Assembly (NCBI RefSeq): GCF_035594765.1
Contig: NC_085846.1
Location: 9,411,190-9,475,189 of the forward strand
From: Anolis carolinensis
Lineage: Eukaryota
DNA length: 64,000 nucleotides
Direction of reading: 5' to 3'
Below are positions 10,401-23,100 of this stretch, piece by piece. The stretch's first letter is position 1; each line of letters opens with the position of its first letter. Under the pieces are notes generated by a model. The model searched no databases. It was not told the DNA's origin and saw nothing but the letters and a program-made list of their open reading frames with translations. The position numbers and the translations under genes are program-made.

Positions 10401-13400
10401 GCCTTCCATCTCGACTCTCTCGGAGCCACTCCGAGAGCCTCCCAAGAAATCACGCAAGCAAGCCTCAGATCTGGACCTGGAGATCGAGAGCCTGCTGAGC
10501 CAGCAGTCCACGAAGGAGCAGCAGAGCAAAAAGGTAGGAACGGGCAAGGCTGGGATTTTGGGAGTACAGTTCCCTAAATCACTTCTCATTGATTTTGCTT
10601 GCTGTAGGATTCTGGGAGTTGTAGTGAAAAAATGGGTATATACATCAGAGGTGAGCAAAGGATGGTATGCCAGATCCAAACATACCACCCTAATTGTGAG
10701 ATTCAAAACTTCTTTAAACATTCCTCCAGTCAGGACTCAATGCTCTTGCTTCCCAGGTGAGTCAAGAGATCCTGGAGCTGCTGAACACGACGACAGCCAA
10801 AGAACAGTCCATTGTGGAGAAGTTCCGCTCACGAGGCCGGGCCCAGGTGCAAGAGTTCTGCGACTATGGAACCAAGGAAGAGTGCATGAAGGCCAATGAT
10901 GCTGAGCGGCCCTGTCGGAAGCTTCACTTTCGGTGAGTGTGGCCAGTGATCACATAAATAGTTATCCAGTGGTGATTGTTTCTCCACCTTTATTCTAAAC
11001 TCAAAAGCCCTTGGGTAGCCTTTCATCCAAGGTATGATGTTCTGTCACCCGGATCCCCCTCCAACCCATTTTAGTTGCCTGTTTCTACGCTTTCCCATTA
11101 TTTCATCAAAGTCAGACTTTATTATGCAATCACAGAGCATTAAAACATTATGAGAACACAGTACAAAGGGTAAGCAATATAAGACAGGAGTACAGGTTGA
11201 GTATCACTTATCTGAAATTCTGAAATTAAGAGTACTACAAAATTATCTACGTGGTGGCTGAGAGCCTCACACCTTTGCTTTCCAATGGTTCAGTGTACAG
11301 AAACTTTGGTTTATGCAGAAATTTATTTAAAATATAGCCTTCAGATTATGTGTAAAGTGTATAACTCATTATATACAATAAATGCTTCTTCTGTTTAGAT
11401 GTCACTCTCATTATGCATATTCTGAAATTTGAAAATATCTAAAGTATCGTACACTTCTGGTCCCAAACATTTCAGATAAAAGATGCTTTCCCTGTAATCT
11501 CAATTCAGCATCATTTCTTCTTTCTAGACGCATCATAAACAAGCACACAGATGAGTCGTTGGGGGACTGTTCTTTCCTGAACACTTGTTTCCACATGGAC
11601 ACCTGCAAATATGTGCACTATGAAATCGATGCCTGTGCTGACTTAGATGCTCCCTGCGGACGGGAACTCAGCTCGGGTCAAGAACTGGCTTTGCCTCAAG
11701 CAGTGGGGAGAGATTCCAGTGTAGATCGTCTCTTTCCCCCACAGGTACTGAGGCATGGGTTAGGGTTAAGGCCAGGTTACCAAAATTGGACTAGTTGGGC
11801 TCGAAGGATAGAAAACAATGGGTTATCCCCAGATATTAAGACTGCAAACTCCAAAATCACTGTTGATTGGCTATGCTATTTAGTGTAATAAGAGTTGCAA
11901 TGAAACCTGTTCCAAATGGCTATGAATTCTTTATCCCAGTTCTAAAAGGCTTTTCCTTTTTTCCTTCTCTGTGTGGGTAGTGGATTTGCTGTGACATTCG
12001 CTACCTGGACGTCAGCATCTTGGGCAAGTTTGCTGTGGTGATGGCCGACCCGCCCTGGGACATTCACATGGAACTTCCCTATGGGACACTCACTGATGAT
12101 GAGATGAGGCGGCTAAACATCCCAGTGTTACAGGATGAAGGCTTTCTTTTTCTGTGGGTCACTGGCAGGTATGTCACATAATGGGAAACATGAATTGACT
12201 GGGAATGACAGATGGAACCTCTATTTTTTTTTCCTGAACTATACTTCCCAGTCAGTGAGAACTGGAGTTCAGGAATTCTGGGAGCTATAGTCCAATAAAT
12301 AACATGTTAAGCTCCTATCCAGCACCTGTGTTTCTGAATTAAATGAGAAATTAGATTGAAATCCCACATGGAGTTCAGAGGACTCTCCCTCCCACTAGCT
12401 TTGTGATTGGGTGTGAGTTTGAACACACGTCTTCTTCTGACATACCAAACGCGACAGTAAGATAGCTAGAGAGCACTGATAGCCAGATAGGGAACCAGTT
12501 CAGGAGAAAGGAAGTATATGAAAGAAATCTAATAAATAAGATGGGCTTTATATACTCTGAAGCCATTTCGGTGGTCCCAGTCACCTCCCCATTTTTACCC
12601 TCCTAAGGGGTATGGGAAGTAATTCAACTCGCCCCGACTGTTTATGAAAAAGACAGTGAGCCGGGTGTTGGGGAAAAGGTCCCCTCCTATTCTAAAATAG
12701 CCCAGAAAGGAGAAAGATGTGCTGAAACAGCTCCACCCCACATAAAACATCTTGAGACAAAATTCAAACTGGGCTGGGAAGAGGGGTGGTTAGGTGCACC
12801 CTGGCTTGGTCCCTTAGCTTAGACCATCTCTAGCACTCAACGGTAGCCCACTCTTGAACTAGATGGGTAAGAAAAAATCACTGTTGAAATCAACCTCCTC
12901 AACCCTGCCCTCTTCAGATAGTTCGGACTTCAATTGCCATCTTCCATCCTGGTTGATATTGTTGGGGATTGTAGTCCAGCACAACTGAAGGTGGGACAGA
13001 CTGGTTTAAATCTGTAGGTAGGTAAAGATGTGCTACCCAGATCATGCACCTTCCGAGATTGGGGTAGGCAGGTAGGATTAACAGCTCTTCCTCTGCTATT
13101 AACTTTACAGCATTACTAAGGTTGCATATACACTGTAGGATGAATGGAGTTTGACACATTGACGGCCACAGCTCCATGCTGTGGAATCCTGCTAATTGTA
13201 GTTTAGTGAGGCACCAGCACTCTTTGGCAGGGGAGACTAACTTGTAAAACTTGCGCCATTGCAGTTAAAGTGGTGTCAAAATTACATTAGTTCTATAGGG
13301 AAGATGCATCTCCAGATACATGGACAATAATAGATTATCCTTTAACCCATGTGTGTATGCTCAGCAGATGTTTTGGAACAAGAACAATTCATACCATTAT

Positions 13401-15678
13401 TTTACTCTTTTTCTATCCCCTCAGAGCCATGGAACTGGGCAGAGAATGTCTCAACCTTTGGGGGTGAGTACTGTCTGATGGATGCAAAGGATATGAGGCT
13501 GGAATCCTACTTGGAATACTACTGTATTAACATAATTTTTTTAGGGTTGTGAAGAACAGACAAAAATCTGTCATCTCTGACCATCTTATATTTCCATTCA
13601 CCTATTCACAAGAGAGTAAAGTATAGGTCCTCAGACCCATTTCTTCAGCCCAGTGTTTTAAATTTTGGGATGATATTTTTCCAAGAAAGGACTAAAATGG
13701 TCTAAATGGCAGCAGTTTAGTTGTGGTTGGGTTTTAAATGCTATTTATTAAGTTATGTCTGTATGTATGTACTTGTTGGCATTGAATATTTACCTTTTAT
13801 GTTGTCAGCTGCTCCGAGTCCAGTATTGGGAGATGGGGCAGGATATAAATAAAGTTTTATTATTATCCCCCTCCAGGCCCAAAATTGGCCAAAGGAAAAC
13901 ACAATGTCACTTCCTTAATGCCGAAAGTATGGAGGCTTACTGGGAGCAAAAATAAAAGCTCTGCCCAAAAAAAGACTTTCATGGTTGCTGTACCTGTGGT
14001 ATTTTATCATAGCAGGATTCTTGCAGAATACTGACACATAATCCATCTCTCCCTTTTGATTTTTTTTCTTGCTTCTTTTGTTTCCTCATTGTTTTCCCCA
14101 ATTCCTTCCCTAAGGTATGAACGGGTGGACGAAATAATCTGGGTGAAAACCAACCAGCTCCAGCGCATTATCCGAACAGGGCGCACAGGCCACTGGCTGA
14201 ACCACGGCAAGGAGCATTGCTTGGTAATTCAGGAGCCTAATCTGGGTTAGGATTCTTGCAAAAGATGACAGGCTTTAGGGCTTCATTATTTATGGGGGAT
14301 GGAAGAACCCAGACTGTGGCTGCTCCACTTGTCTTTTTCTTTTCCCTATTCAACAGGTTGGGGTTAAAGGAAACCCACAGGGCTTCAACCGGGGTCTTGA
14401 TTGTGACGTCATTGTGGCAGAGGTGAGAGAGGACTTTTTTCCGACCAAGAGGAAGAATCATGGGTGGTGAAAGCAGTTTTCTTATTCCTCCTTTTCTTTT
14501 ACTTATTTTGTACGGATACATACTTCCTTTTGCCCTGCAGGTTCGCTCAACCAGCCACAAACCAGATGAGATCTATGGCATGATTGAACGCCTTTCACCA
14601 GGGACCCGGAAGATTGAACTCTTTGGAAGGCCACACAATGTGCAGCCCAACTGGTAAACGCTCTCTGCATTACTTTTGTCCCATTCTGACCCATTGTTCA
14701 AGTCATGAACTAGAAATCCTCATTTTACAGTGTTCTAAGATAGACCCAAGAGCTATTGATTTCTTTCTTACCTTTGCAATTTAAAGACACATTTCCCTTG
14801 CCTCTCCTATGCATTGTTTCCCCATAAGGTCCATTTGAGATGCTGGAGACCAGGGTTTGAGGGTATGTTCAGCCTTGGAAACCCACTAGGTGACCGTGAG
14901 CAAGTCACACATTCTCAGCCCCAGAAATCACAGTGATAGTGTTGCCATAAGTCAGAAATGACTTGAAAGCACACAACAGCAATACTGAAAATAAATTTGC
15001 TGGACCCAATGGGCCACCAGCATCTTTTCTTCATTTCTTGCCCTAATACTGTAACAAGGGGGACAACAGACTGGTAAATTGTCTTTGGTGTCCTCCAAAT
15101 GCCTACTGTAAATAAGAGCAGCCTGCTGTATCAGATCAAAGTTCATCAAATTGCCTGTGGCAATCAGAATTAATTAGCGATAGACACCACCCTGGCCAGC
15201 TTTTCTAATTCCATTTAAAACAGGGATGAGCAACTCCCAACACCACCATACCCATTGCGAATGGCACAAATGCATATTAGGCTGAAAATTGGTGGTCTGG
15301 AAACATCTGGTCTACAACTCTGGGTTTCACAGCTGATTTTAACTTGTAAGCATGTTTCTGAAGTCTAAAATGGCCCCAAATGGTATTTGTAGCGATTTTT
15401 CACCATAAAAGTGTTACCTTCTCAGGTCTAGGTATTTTGAGGGTTGCACGGTACAATCTCCACCCTTCATTTAGGCCAATAAGCGCCCCCCCCCCCCAAT
15501 TTTATGACATCAACGCCCACAAATTTGGGAGCTGTCCTCATCTTCCCTACTCTCTCCCTCTTCTAGGATCACCCTTGGCAACCAGCTTGATGGAATCCAT
15601 TTGTTGGACCCTGATGTCGTGGCCCAGTTCAAACAGCGTTACCCTGATGGGATCATCTCAAAACCTAAGAACATGTAA
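7355..15678 (+). CDS. METTL3: N6-adenosine methyltransferase catalytic subunit (m6A writer), 11 exons, 569 aa
   Basis: join(7355-7448,9056-9258,10141-10533,10757-10932,11528-11744,11981-12168,13425-13463,14115-14223,14357-14422,14541-14653,15567-15678)=1710 nt; [14 protein letters not shown] start, CCCH fingers, DPPW motif, all introns GT-AG. Confidence 0.97.
8098..8300 (+). mobile_element. Old tRNA-derived (MIR/CORE-like) squamate SINE
   Basis: gcatggcgtagtggtttgagtgttgg...gtcacactctctcagc..(caa)n; related copies near 4220, 14840, 18975, 26400, 63250. Confidence 0.6.
8301..8640 (+). mobile_element. 5S rRNA-derived SINE interrupted by hAT MITE (8318-8433)
   Basis: aagctaagcagggcc..tacttggatgg 5S internal-promoter boxes followed by non-5S body; MITE TSD ccctaaaa/ccttaaag. 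Confidence 0.7.
9056..9258 (+). CDS. METTL3: METTL3 exon 2
   Basis: (D)LRNPELAL...[16 protein letters not shown]...LAIST. Confidence 0.93.
10141..10533 (+). CDS. METTL3: METTL3 exon 3
   Basis: [27 protein letters not shown]...STKEQQSKK. Confidence 0.95.
10757..10932 (+). CDS. METTL3: METTL3 exon 4
   Basis: [43 protein letters not shown]...KLHF. Confidence 0.95.
11193..11494. mobile_element. Tc1/mariner (Tigger-like) non-autonomous element
   Basis: ta|CAGGTTGAGTATC...CCTG|ta termini. Confidence 0.6.
11528..11744 (+). CDS. METTL3: METTL3 exon 5
   Basis: [34 protein letters not shown]...LFPPQ. Confidence 0.95.
11981..12168 (+). CDS. METTL3: METTL3 exon 6 (catalytic DPPW)
   Basis: [36 protein letters not shown]; DPPW at 12047-12058. 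Confidence 0.97.
13425..13463 (+). CDS. METTL3: METTL3 exon 7
   Basis: 39 nt, [12 protein letters not shown]. Confidence 0.93.
14115..14223 (+). CDS. METTL3: METTL3 exon 8
   Basis: [36 protein letters not shown]. Confidence 0.96.
14357..14422 (+). CDS. METTL3: METTL3 exon 9
   Basis: [22 protein letters not shown]. Confidence 0.95.
14541..14653 (+). CDS. METTL3: METTL3 exon 10
   Basis: [37 protein letters not shown]. Confidence 0.96.
15567..15678 (+). CDS. METTL3: METTL3 exon 11
   Basis: [36 protein letters not shown]. Confidence 0.96.
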
Positions 15679-15777
15679 CTGAAGGCTGAGAAAACCTCTG
15701 GGCTTTGAACCACAACCTGTTATGTTGAGAGGAAGATAAAAAAGCCAAGGACTGTGTATTCTGATCTTTAGTTTTTT

Positions 15778-15783
15778 AATAAA
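15778..15783 (+). terminator. METTL3 polyadenylation signal
   Basis: First AATAAA, 100 nt after the stop codon. Confidence 0.6.
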
Positions 15784-17050
15784 ATGGATTCTTTCCCCCT
15801 ATAACTGAGACTTAGAACAGGAGCAAGATGGTTGTTCCTCTGGAAGAAACTTCCTTCCCCCTTTGATAGGTGGTCCCAAGGGAGCAGAAATCCCTTCCTC
15901 AAAATGTCTCATTCTCCCCCTGAGTCTGAGACATATATGCAGCAGGCAACGCTGACTGAAATAACCTTTCCTTCATACCTACACTTCCATACTGTTAAGC
16001 ATATGGGATGACATTGCTGCATCTGGCAGCATCTGGAAACAATGTTAGAGAGGTGGAGGCTAGCTTTCCACAACAAAGCAGGACTACAATGCACATAATT
16101 CCAGTTACCATGGCCTTGCTGCTTGATAGGTATAATAATGGTTGTAGTCCCCTATAACTGGAAGATGCAGATGCAGATAGAGTGTGATTCCCAACAACCT
16201 TTGCCAAAACAGAGACTACTGGGAGTGGCAGTTTAATATAGATGAGAATGATGCTTTTGGCAAAACAAGGACAAGGAATGCTGGAAGCCAACATAGCCAG
16301 GGAGTAAGCTTTCCATAAATGTTGGACTACAACTCCCAGCAACCCTAAGAAGTACAGCCAATGCGATGGTGGGACCTGTTCAATAACTGGCTGAGGAATG
16401 TACAAGCCTCTTCCTTATGGGCAATATCAGGGGCAGACAACATCCAGGCCTCCAGGTAGTGTTTAACTCTAACTCTCAGGATTTCCTGGGACCTGGGTAG
16501 GGAAGCCCATAGTGAGAAATGGTGGGAATTCCAATCCCAATCGTATCTGGAGACCATATGATTCGCATCCCTAGACTATACCCAAAGGAAGTCCACCCTT
16601 TCCTGGTGCAATTCCTTGCTATCAATTCCTATAGTACTTTGGAGAATGTAGGGATCAGGATTCTTCACTTCATTTGATTACCTTTTTCATCTTCCTTGGA
16701 AACAGGAATTACTTTTTTCTCAGCTCTTTCTCCCAAGAAGTACACAGCAAACCACTTCCAATATCCCTTGTCCAGCTTTTAATTGACTCCATCAAGAGAA
16801 ACATCAAGGGATAATATTTAGAAAAAAAATAACAGGGGATGGCTGCAGTATCCAACCCATTCCCTCCCGCCCCAAAAAATGACATCATCTCCTGCAGAGG
16901 GTCTCCAAGTCGTGTACAATTCCGCCATGTCCCCTTCCCGCCCCAAAGTTGCATGGCGATTCTTGTATCTGTTTTTAGTCGTCCTTAGTGTGCACTGGGG
17001 ACGCAAAATCGGTCGTGCTCTCTGTTCCTCCCCAACCAAAAGGCTGGAGG

Positions 17051-17114
17051 TTATTTCACAAAGACAACATTGTTGTTTGAATTGCGGGAGGCCAGCCAAG
17101 CTAGGAATACATCC
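17051..17114 (-). CDS. TOX4: TOX4 exon 9
   Basis: [20 protein letters not shown]. Confidence 0.92.
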
Positions 17115-20100
17115 CTGTGAAAGAGACAGAAAAAAAGGAGGCGTTAGAGGTAGAGAAAACCCAAGTTTTTTGTGCAATTTATAGAGACACACTGACCTAG
17201 CATGTAGGATTCTACTGCTAAAATATGGGCTTTGATGGGGAGGAAATATACAAGAAAGCAGAGGTGTTTGCAGACAAAATGGAATTCTTGAGAGTTTGCA
17301 GTAAGGATATTTTTGTGCATTTTCACCCATATTAGTGGGCTTTCTGTGTGGGCAAAATCACATTTCCTAAAAAAAATAGGGGACATATGGTTTTAATGCC
17401 TATAAAAGTGAGGTTCGGAGGTCAAACGCAGACTGTGGACTGTACTTTGACCACGTTTATGTTACGCAGATTCCAAGATCACCAGCAACCGCAGTCTGCA
17501 TCAGAGCACAGGCACCAGATACTTTTGGAGAATTGGATCTATTTGGATTTTCAGTTTGCAGAGACACTTAAAGCCTCAATCCTTCCCTTCCAATTAGTGA
17601 TGGGAAACTGTGCCATTTCAAGGCTAATCAAATAGAAGCTCCTAACATTTGAGCTGGATTAAATCTAAATAATTTAGAATTACAAGCAGCAATGGACTGT
17701 CTCCAATCTTTCCCCAGCTCCCAAGAGCTTGCCCCAATCTATAAAAAGGAGGCAGGCATCGTGGCCCTTCCAATATGCCATGCTCTTATCAGGCAGCTGC
17801 TATTTAACAGCATCTAGATGGTTTCAGATTTCTCAGCCCTGACAGTGTTCCTCATAGGCTGCCCCTGTGATGGCATTGCATGGAAATGTCTGAGAACGTG
17901 TTTGCAAGATGTGAGAAAGAACAAAAAAGTGACTTCTATAATATGGGAAAAACCCAACTCATGTGAGCTTTCCTTGCATTGCTCCTGCCGCTGGCTCTAC
18001 TTCCTACTCCCTCCTTCCCTTGGGCTGGGGCTGGCTGGAAGGCAAAGTACAGCACACAGACCTGCAAGTCTCACTCACACACACCTGCAGTGTTTAACCA
18101 CGCATTCGTTGCTGCAATACTCATTGTCCCAGTCACTGTTGGCCACAGGAGGGTTGTCACAGCCCACCCGGATGCAGCGAGGCCGGGGAGACATGGCCAC
18201 TGGCGATTCGGACACCAGCTCCACGTGCATCTGCGTTGGAGACTCCATCTGCAAGGGGGAAAAGATGCACTTCATTAATTTGATGAGATTTGCAACAGGG
18301 CAAGTAAACATTCCCTCCAAGTTGAGCAGTATAGTGTTAAAAGTTTGCTTTCCCTCTTCCCCTTGAGACAGGACGCTGGCAGATTTACTTGCAATCTTCT
18401 TTATTCCTATCCCAAACCCAATGTTGGTTGATAGGAATGTTGTCAACTGATAGAGGTGGGAAGGAAGCATTCCTTTCTCGTTTTCTGCTTGCAAGGAGAT
18501 GTGAGTGCCAACAGATTATCAATGTAGAAATAAGTTATAGTAGTGCCCTGGGCTTTGTTAAATTTGAGGTATTCTGTAGAAGGTTCTCCCATCCTGATAC
18601 AATAGACAACAATTCCAACTTTGCTACCTTGTGGACTCTATGCTTTCTATAGAGCCGCATTGGTGTAAACTGTCTTGAAGAGATGCAGATATGTCCTCCA
18701 CAGAAAGCTGCCTTGACTATACCTCCAATCATGTTCCCTTAATAAGTAAAACAAATCGTTTAATAGCTTGGATGACCTCATTTAGGTCTTCAGTCATCCC
18801 CTGGAGTTTCTGGTACTGTATGAAAGAATCAATTTAAAATGAGATGCACCTTGGTTTCCATGGAGATCAACTGGATCTGCTTCTTAGCAGCAGACAACTA
18901 GAGAGCTAGAAGGGATCCTAAGGGCCATATAGTCCAACTCACTGCCAAATAAGGAATCCCACTCTAAAGCTGAGACCCAATGTGGTATGGTGGGTTAAGT
19001 GTTGGATCTTAATTCCAGGAGATCATGATTCTAATCCCTGATCCATTGCAAGGCCTACTCTTCCAGACTAGAAGGAGGGCAATGGCAAATACCCTCTAAA
19101 CAAATATGTCAAGAAAGCCCAGAGCTATAGTTGGTATAAATTGGAGTTCACCTGTAGGCCCATTAACAGCAATGAATTATTCTGATTGCTATCCTAGCCA
19201 CAAAAATTCTCAGTATTAGAAATCATCACTCATCACTGATATAACGCAATGGGTTAAACCACTGAACTGTTGAATCTGCTGACCTAAAGGTTGGCAGTGC
19301 GAAGCCTTGGGATGAGGTGAGCTCCTGCTGTTAGTCCTAACTCCTGCCAACCGAGCAGTTTGAAAACATGCAAATATAAGTCCAGTATATCAATAGGTAC
19401 TGCTGGGCGGGAAGGTAGTAAAGGCGCCCATGCAATGATGCCGGCAACACAATCAGGAAGTGTCTACCGACAACAGACTTCTCGGCTTGGAAATGGAACA
19501 AGAGCACTTCCCCATGGCCAGAGTTGAGCACCGCCTCCAGAAAGCCGGAGATAAAAGGGGAAGCCTTTACCTTTGTTCTGTGTATTTGTATGTCATTGTT
19601 ATTTCACTGTATCAAAGGCACTGAATGTTTGCCTATCTCTGTATGTTGTAATCCACTTTGAGTCCCCTTGGGGAGATAGAGCGGAATATAAATAAAGTGT
19701 TGTTGTTATTATTGCTATTGGCTGGTGTGAACCAGACACCAGCATATACTCAAAGGCAGTCTTGATCAACCTCTATGCTTTTATTCTACCTCCTTTCCCA
19801 CCAGCCTACCAAGGATTCCCAGTGCTCCTCACCTCTGGCACCACATCCACAGCCTCTGGAGACGTTTGAAGTTCAGTGCTGGGCCTCTCGGGGCTGCCTT
19901 CCTCTGTGCGCAGGGCAATGGGCTGGATCTGCAGGGCAGGTGGGGGCAGGATCTTGATCTGTAAGGGGGGCGGAGGCTGCTGGAGGTTGAGGCGCACCTT
20001 TTGCTGGAAGGGGGGCTGTTGCATGGCCTGGAGGGGTGGGGGCTGCTGCAGGATGGTGACCGGCTGGGTCGGGGGCTGCTGGGGCATCTGCTGAAGGGGT

Positions 20101-23100
20101 GGGGGCTGGAGGCGCGGAAGATGCATGGATGTTGCGGCTGCAGCAGCTGCGGCCAGCACTGACCGGGTGACAATCTGGGTGGTTCCCGTCCCAGTCTGCA
20201 GCTGCCCTAGCTGGATGCCCCGCGAGGTCACCATGGTTGCGGGGATAACCGTCACCACACCCCCTTGTGAGGACACCGCCAATGAGGAGGGCAGCATCTG
20301 CTTGGGGATGATGATCTTGGTAATGCTGGTCTGGCCGGCCACCTGGGGCCCCGTGCTGGAGGTCACCACCACGGTGGGCTGAGTGGAGACGATGGTCGGA
20401 GGAGGCGGGGGGCTCTCGAGGGATGGCGGGGTGGGCAGCACCGGGGCTGGCGGAGAAGTGGACTCCACAACTGGGGCCACCTGCTCAGGTGGTGAGGAGA
20501 CTGGATCCGGTTCTGCTGTTTCGACAACCGTCTGGGGAGAGGGAATTGGAAAACTGAGTCAAAAATGAGAGGGACACTCTATTCATTAATCTTGGGCCTT
20601 CACCAACAACAATACTGCAGAGAGTGACAGCAATGAGAACCAGTACTGTCCTGTGAGGTACTGACTGCTCTTCCACTGCGAGTTAGCAAGAAAAAATAGT
20701 TATCGCCAACAAGCCAAATTGTATACTCATTCAAAGCAGCATAACTTGAATGCTGCTTTGAAGGTCAAAAGTATGGATTTTAACACGACTTCTGGATAAG
20801 TCATGACTTCTGGTCATTCCGCAGAGAAGCAAAAGCATCAATGCCACCTGAAGGAGTCAGCCATCACTGTCATTTTCCCAACCAGGCATTCAAAAAGGCC
20901 ACAAGTGATGCCATGCTGGAGAGAGGAGGTTGGTGCTTCTTCAGGTTCTCCCAAGAGACAAACTAAGCTCCTACCTTTCACTGCGCTACTCAGAAAAGGG
21001 GACGATTCCTCTTTTGAGTTTAAGTACAACACATTGACCTATGGATAAATCAATCCAGTTTTTTGGGTAGCTTTTTTACTAAAACTTGGAGACTTATACA
21101 TGATTACATAAGGTTGTTTATGAAGGACTTTTCCACAGGAAACACTCTTGCTCAGAACTCAAAAAACCTCAGGTATCTATAGAATCTGATTTTCTACAGG
21201 AAAAAGGAAATAAGAGCAGAGCTGGGAAAAGCTATTTCTTGGGACTTGCCCCTCTCAGAATTCCCCTCCCCATATGACCAAGTAGCTACAGTGGCAGGTA
21301 CATTCTAGGACCTGAGGAAATAAAAAAAAACTTTTCAAACAACTGGGTAAAGGCAATTCCCAATATTTCTTTTTCCCCTTGCTCCTAGAGAACCCCAAGC
21401 CCCTGCTGCCCCCTTATTCTTGTAGGGGCAAAGCACTGAAAAATGTTGACTTGCAAAAGCCTTGAAGGGCTGTGCATTTACCTAAAACTATCCAACACTT
21501 AAAAATACAGATGACATAACCAGAACTGAGTTCTGAGTTCAATGTATAGCCAAACAAGAAAACTGCATTCTTACTGCAGTTGCCCACCACTGTCCCATAG
21601 GAATGTTCATGTCTATAGTAGTTCCTTCATCCAAGGCAAAGTAGCAGGACACGGTATAGAATAACACAAGTTATCCCCCAGATGGGCAAAGGCAGGAAGG
21701 AAATCCCTCTTACCTGGCACTCTTGGTTGTCACGATAGGCTGCCAATGCTTTTAAATATTCTTTCTTTGCTGCCTCCGTTTTCCTCTTGTACACCTGCAA
21801 GAGGAAAGGGGAGCTGTTGCAGAGAATGTCATACTCCTCCTCACTAAACAACTTGCACTAGGACACAGCCCACAGCTCTTTGGTTTCAGTCAGTGATTCA
21901 TTAAAGTTATAGAATGTATATATGTGTGATCCGTAAGTATTCATTGCAACAGAAGTTGCAAGCCAACACCCTTCAGATATTTTTGATTACTTCAACTAGA
22001 CCCAGACAACAATGGGAGCTACAGTCCAAAAAGAGCTGGCAGGCCTCACATTTCCCATCCATGCTACAGAAGATATGCTTCATATGTTCAAGACCTCTCA
22101 AATGTCTCCTTCTTGCAATTCTGCAGACATGGCTTCCTTATCAACTCTTCAGTGTTATCCCCAACTCTTTTGTCCCCACAGAGTCTTATGTTCTTTCTCA
22201 ATTTTTATTCTGCTGCACCCTCAAAATACATACCTGCTTCTGTTCCTCCCCCAAGCTGTCCCACATGGAGGCCACGATCTTGGAGACTTCGCCAAAGGTG
22301 GCCTTGGGGTTCTGCCCCTTGATGGCTGCCTGAGTGTCACGGAAGAATAAGGCATAAGCCGAGACAGGCTTCTGGGGCTCGTTGGGGTCTTTCTTCTTTT
22401 TCTGCTTCTTGGTCGGTTTTTGTTTTTTTGCTGCTTCCAGAACCACTGCAGGAAGTGTGACAGGCATGGGCGCTATGGATGCTGTGATGGTTGGCTTAGC
22501 GACAGAGACCTGCTGCAGGACAGAGATAGACAAGGTCAAGAAAGGTTCCATGCAGGTGAGACTGCTGAGAATAAAACCAACAACAAGAAAATTTACTCCA
22601 TGCTACCCTGGCCAACATATGATGAATGCCACCAATACCAGCAATGGGCATAATGTGGCAAAGATACAGTGTGGCTAAACTGGGCTTTCATAGAACCCCT
22701 TTGCAGCAAACAGGCTAAGACTCACCCGCCTGATCTCTTCCGGTTCCTCTTCAGGCATGGAACTGGCAGGTGAGGGAGTTGGGGAGAGCCGCTCCTCGGG
22801 AGACTGGGCTGCAGGAGGTAGGATGGATCCACCTCCCAGGCTGAGGCCCAGCTGAGAGCTGAGTTCTGACTGGTCAATGGTGGTCAGCTGCCCATGTCCC
22901 ATGAGGCTGGAGCCGATGTCCGTCATAGGCACGTCAATGGTGACGGGTGGGTTGGCGCTGTACTGAGTCCCCATGGGATGATCCAAGTCCTGAAGGAGTG
23001 AGGGATAGAGAAGGAGACTCAACTTAAGTCATGGAGATAGCCTTAAGGAAGGCATGCACAAATTGACCCATTATCTTTTAGCAGATTACACAAAAGTAGA

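Noticed and set aside
10135-10899. 254-aa ORF as a standalone gene
   Set aside because: METTL3 exon 3 read through intron 3 and then exon 4 out of frame.
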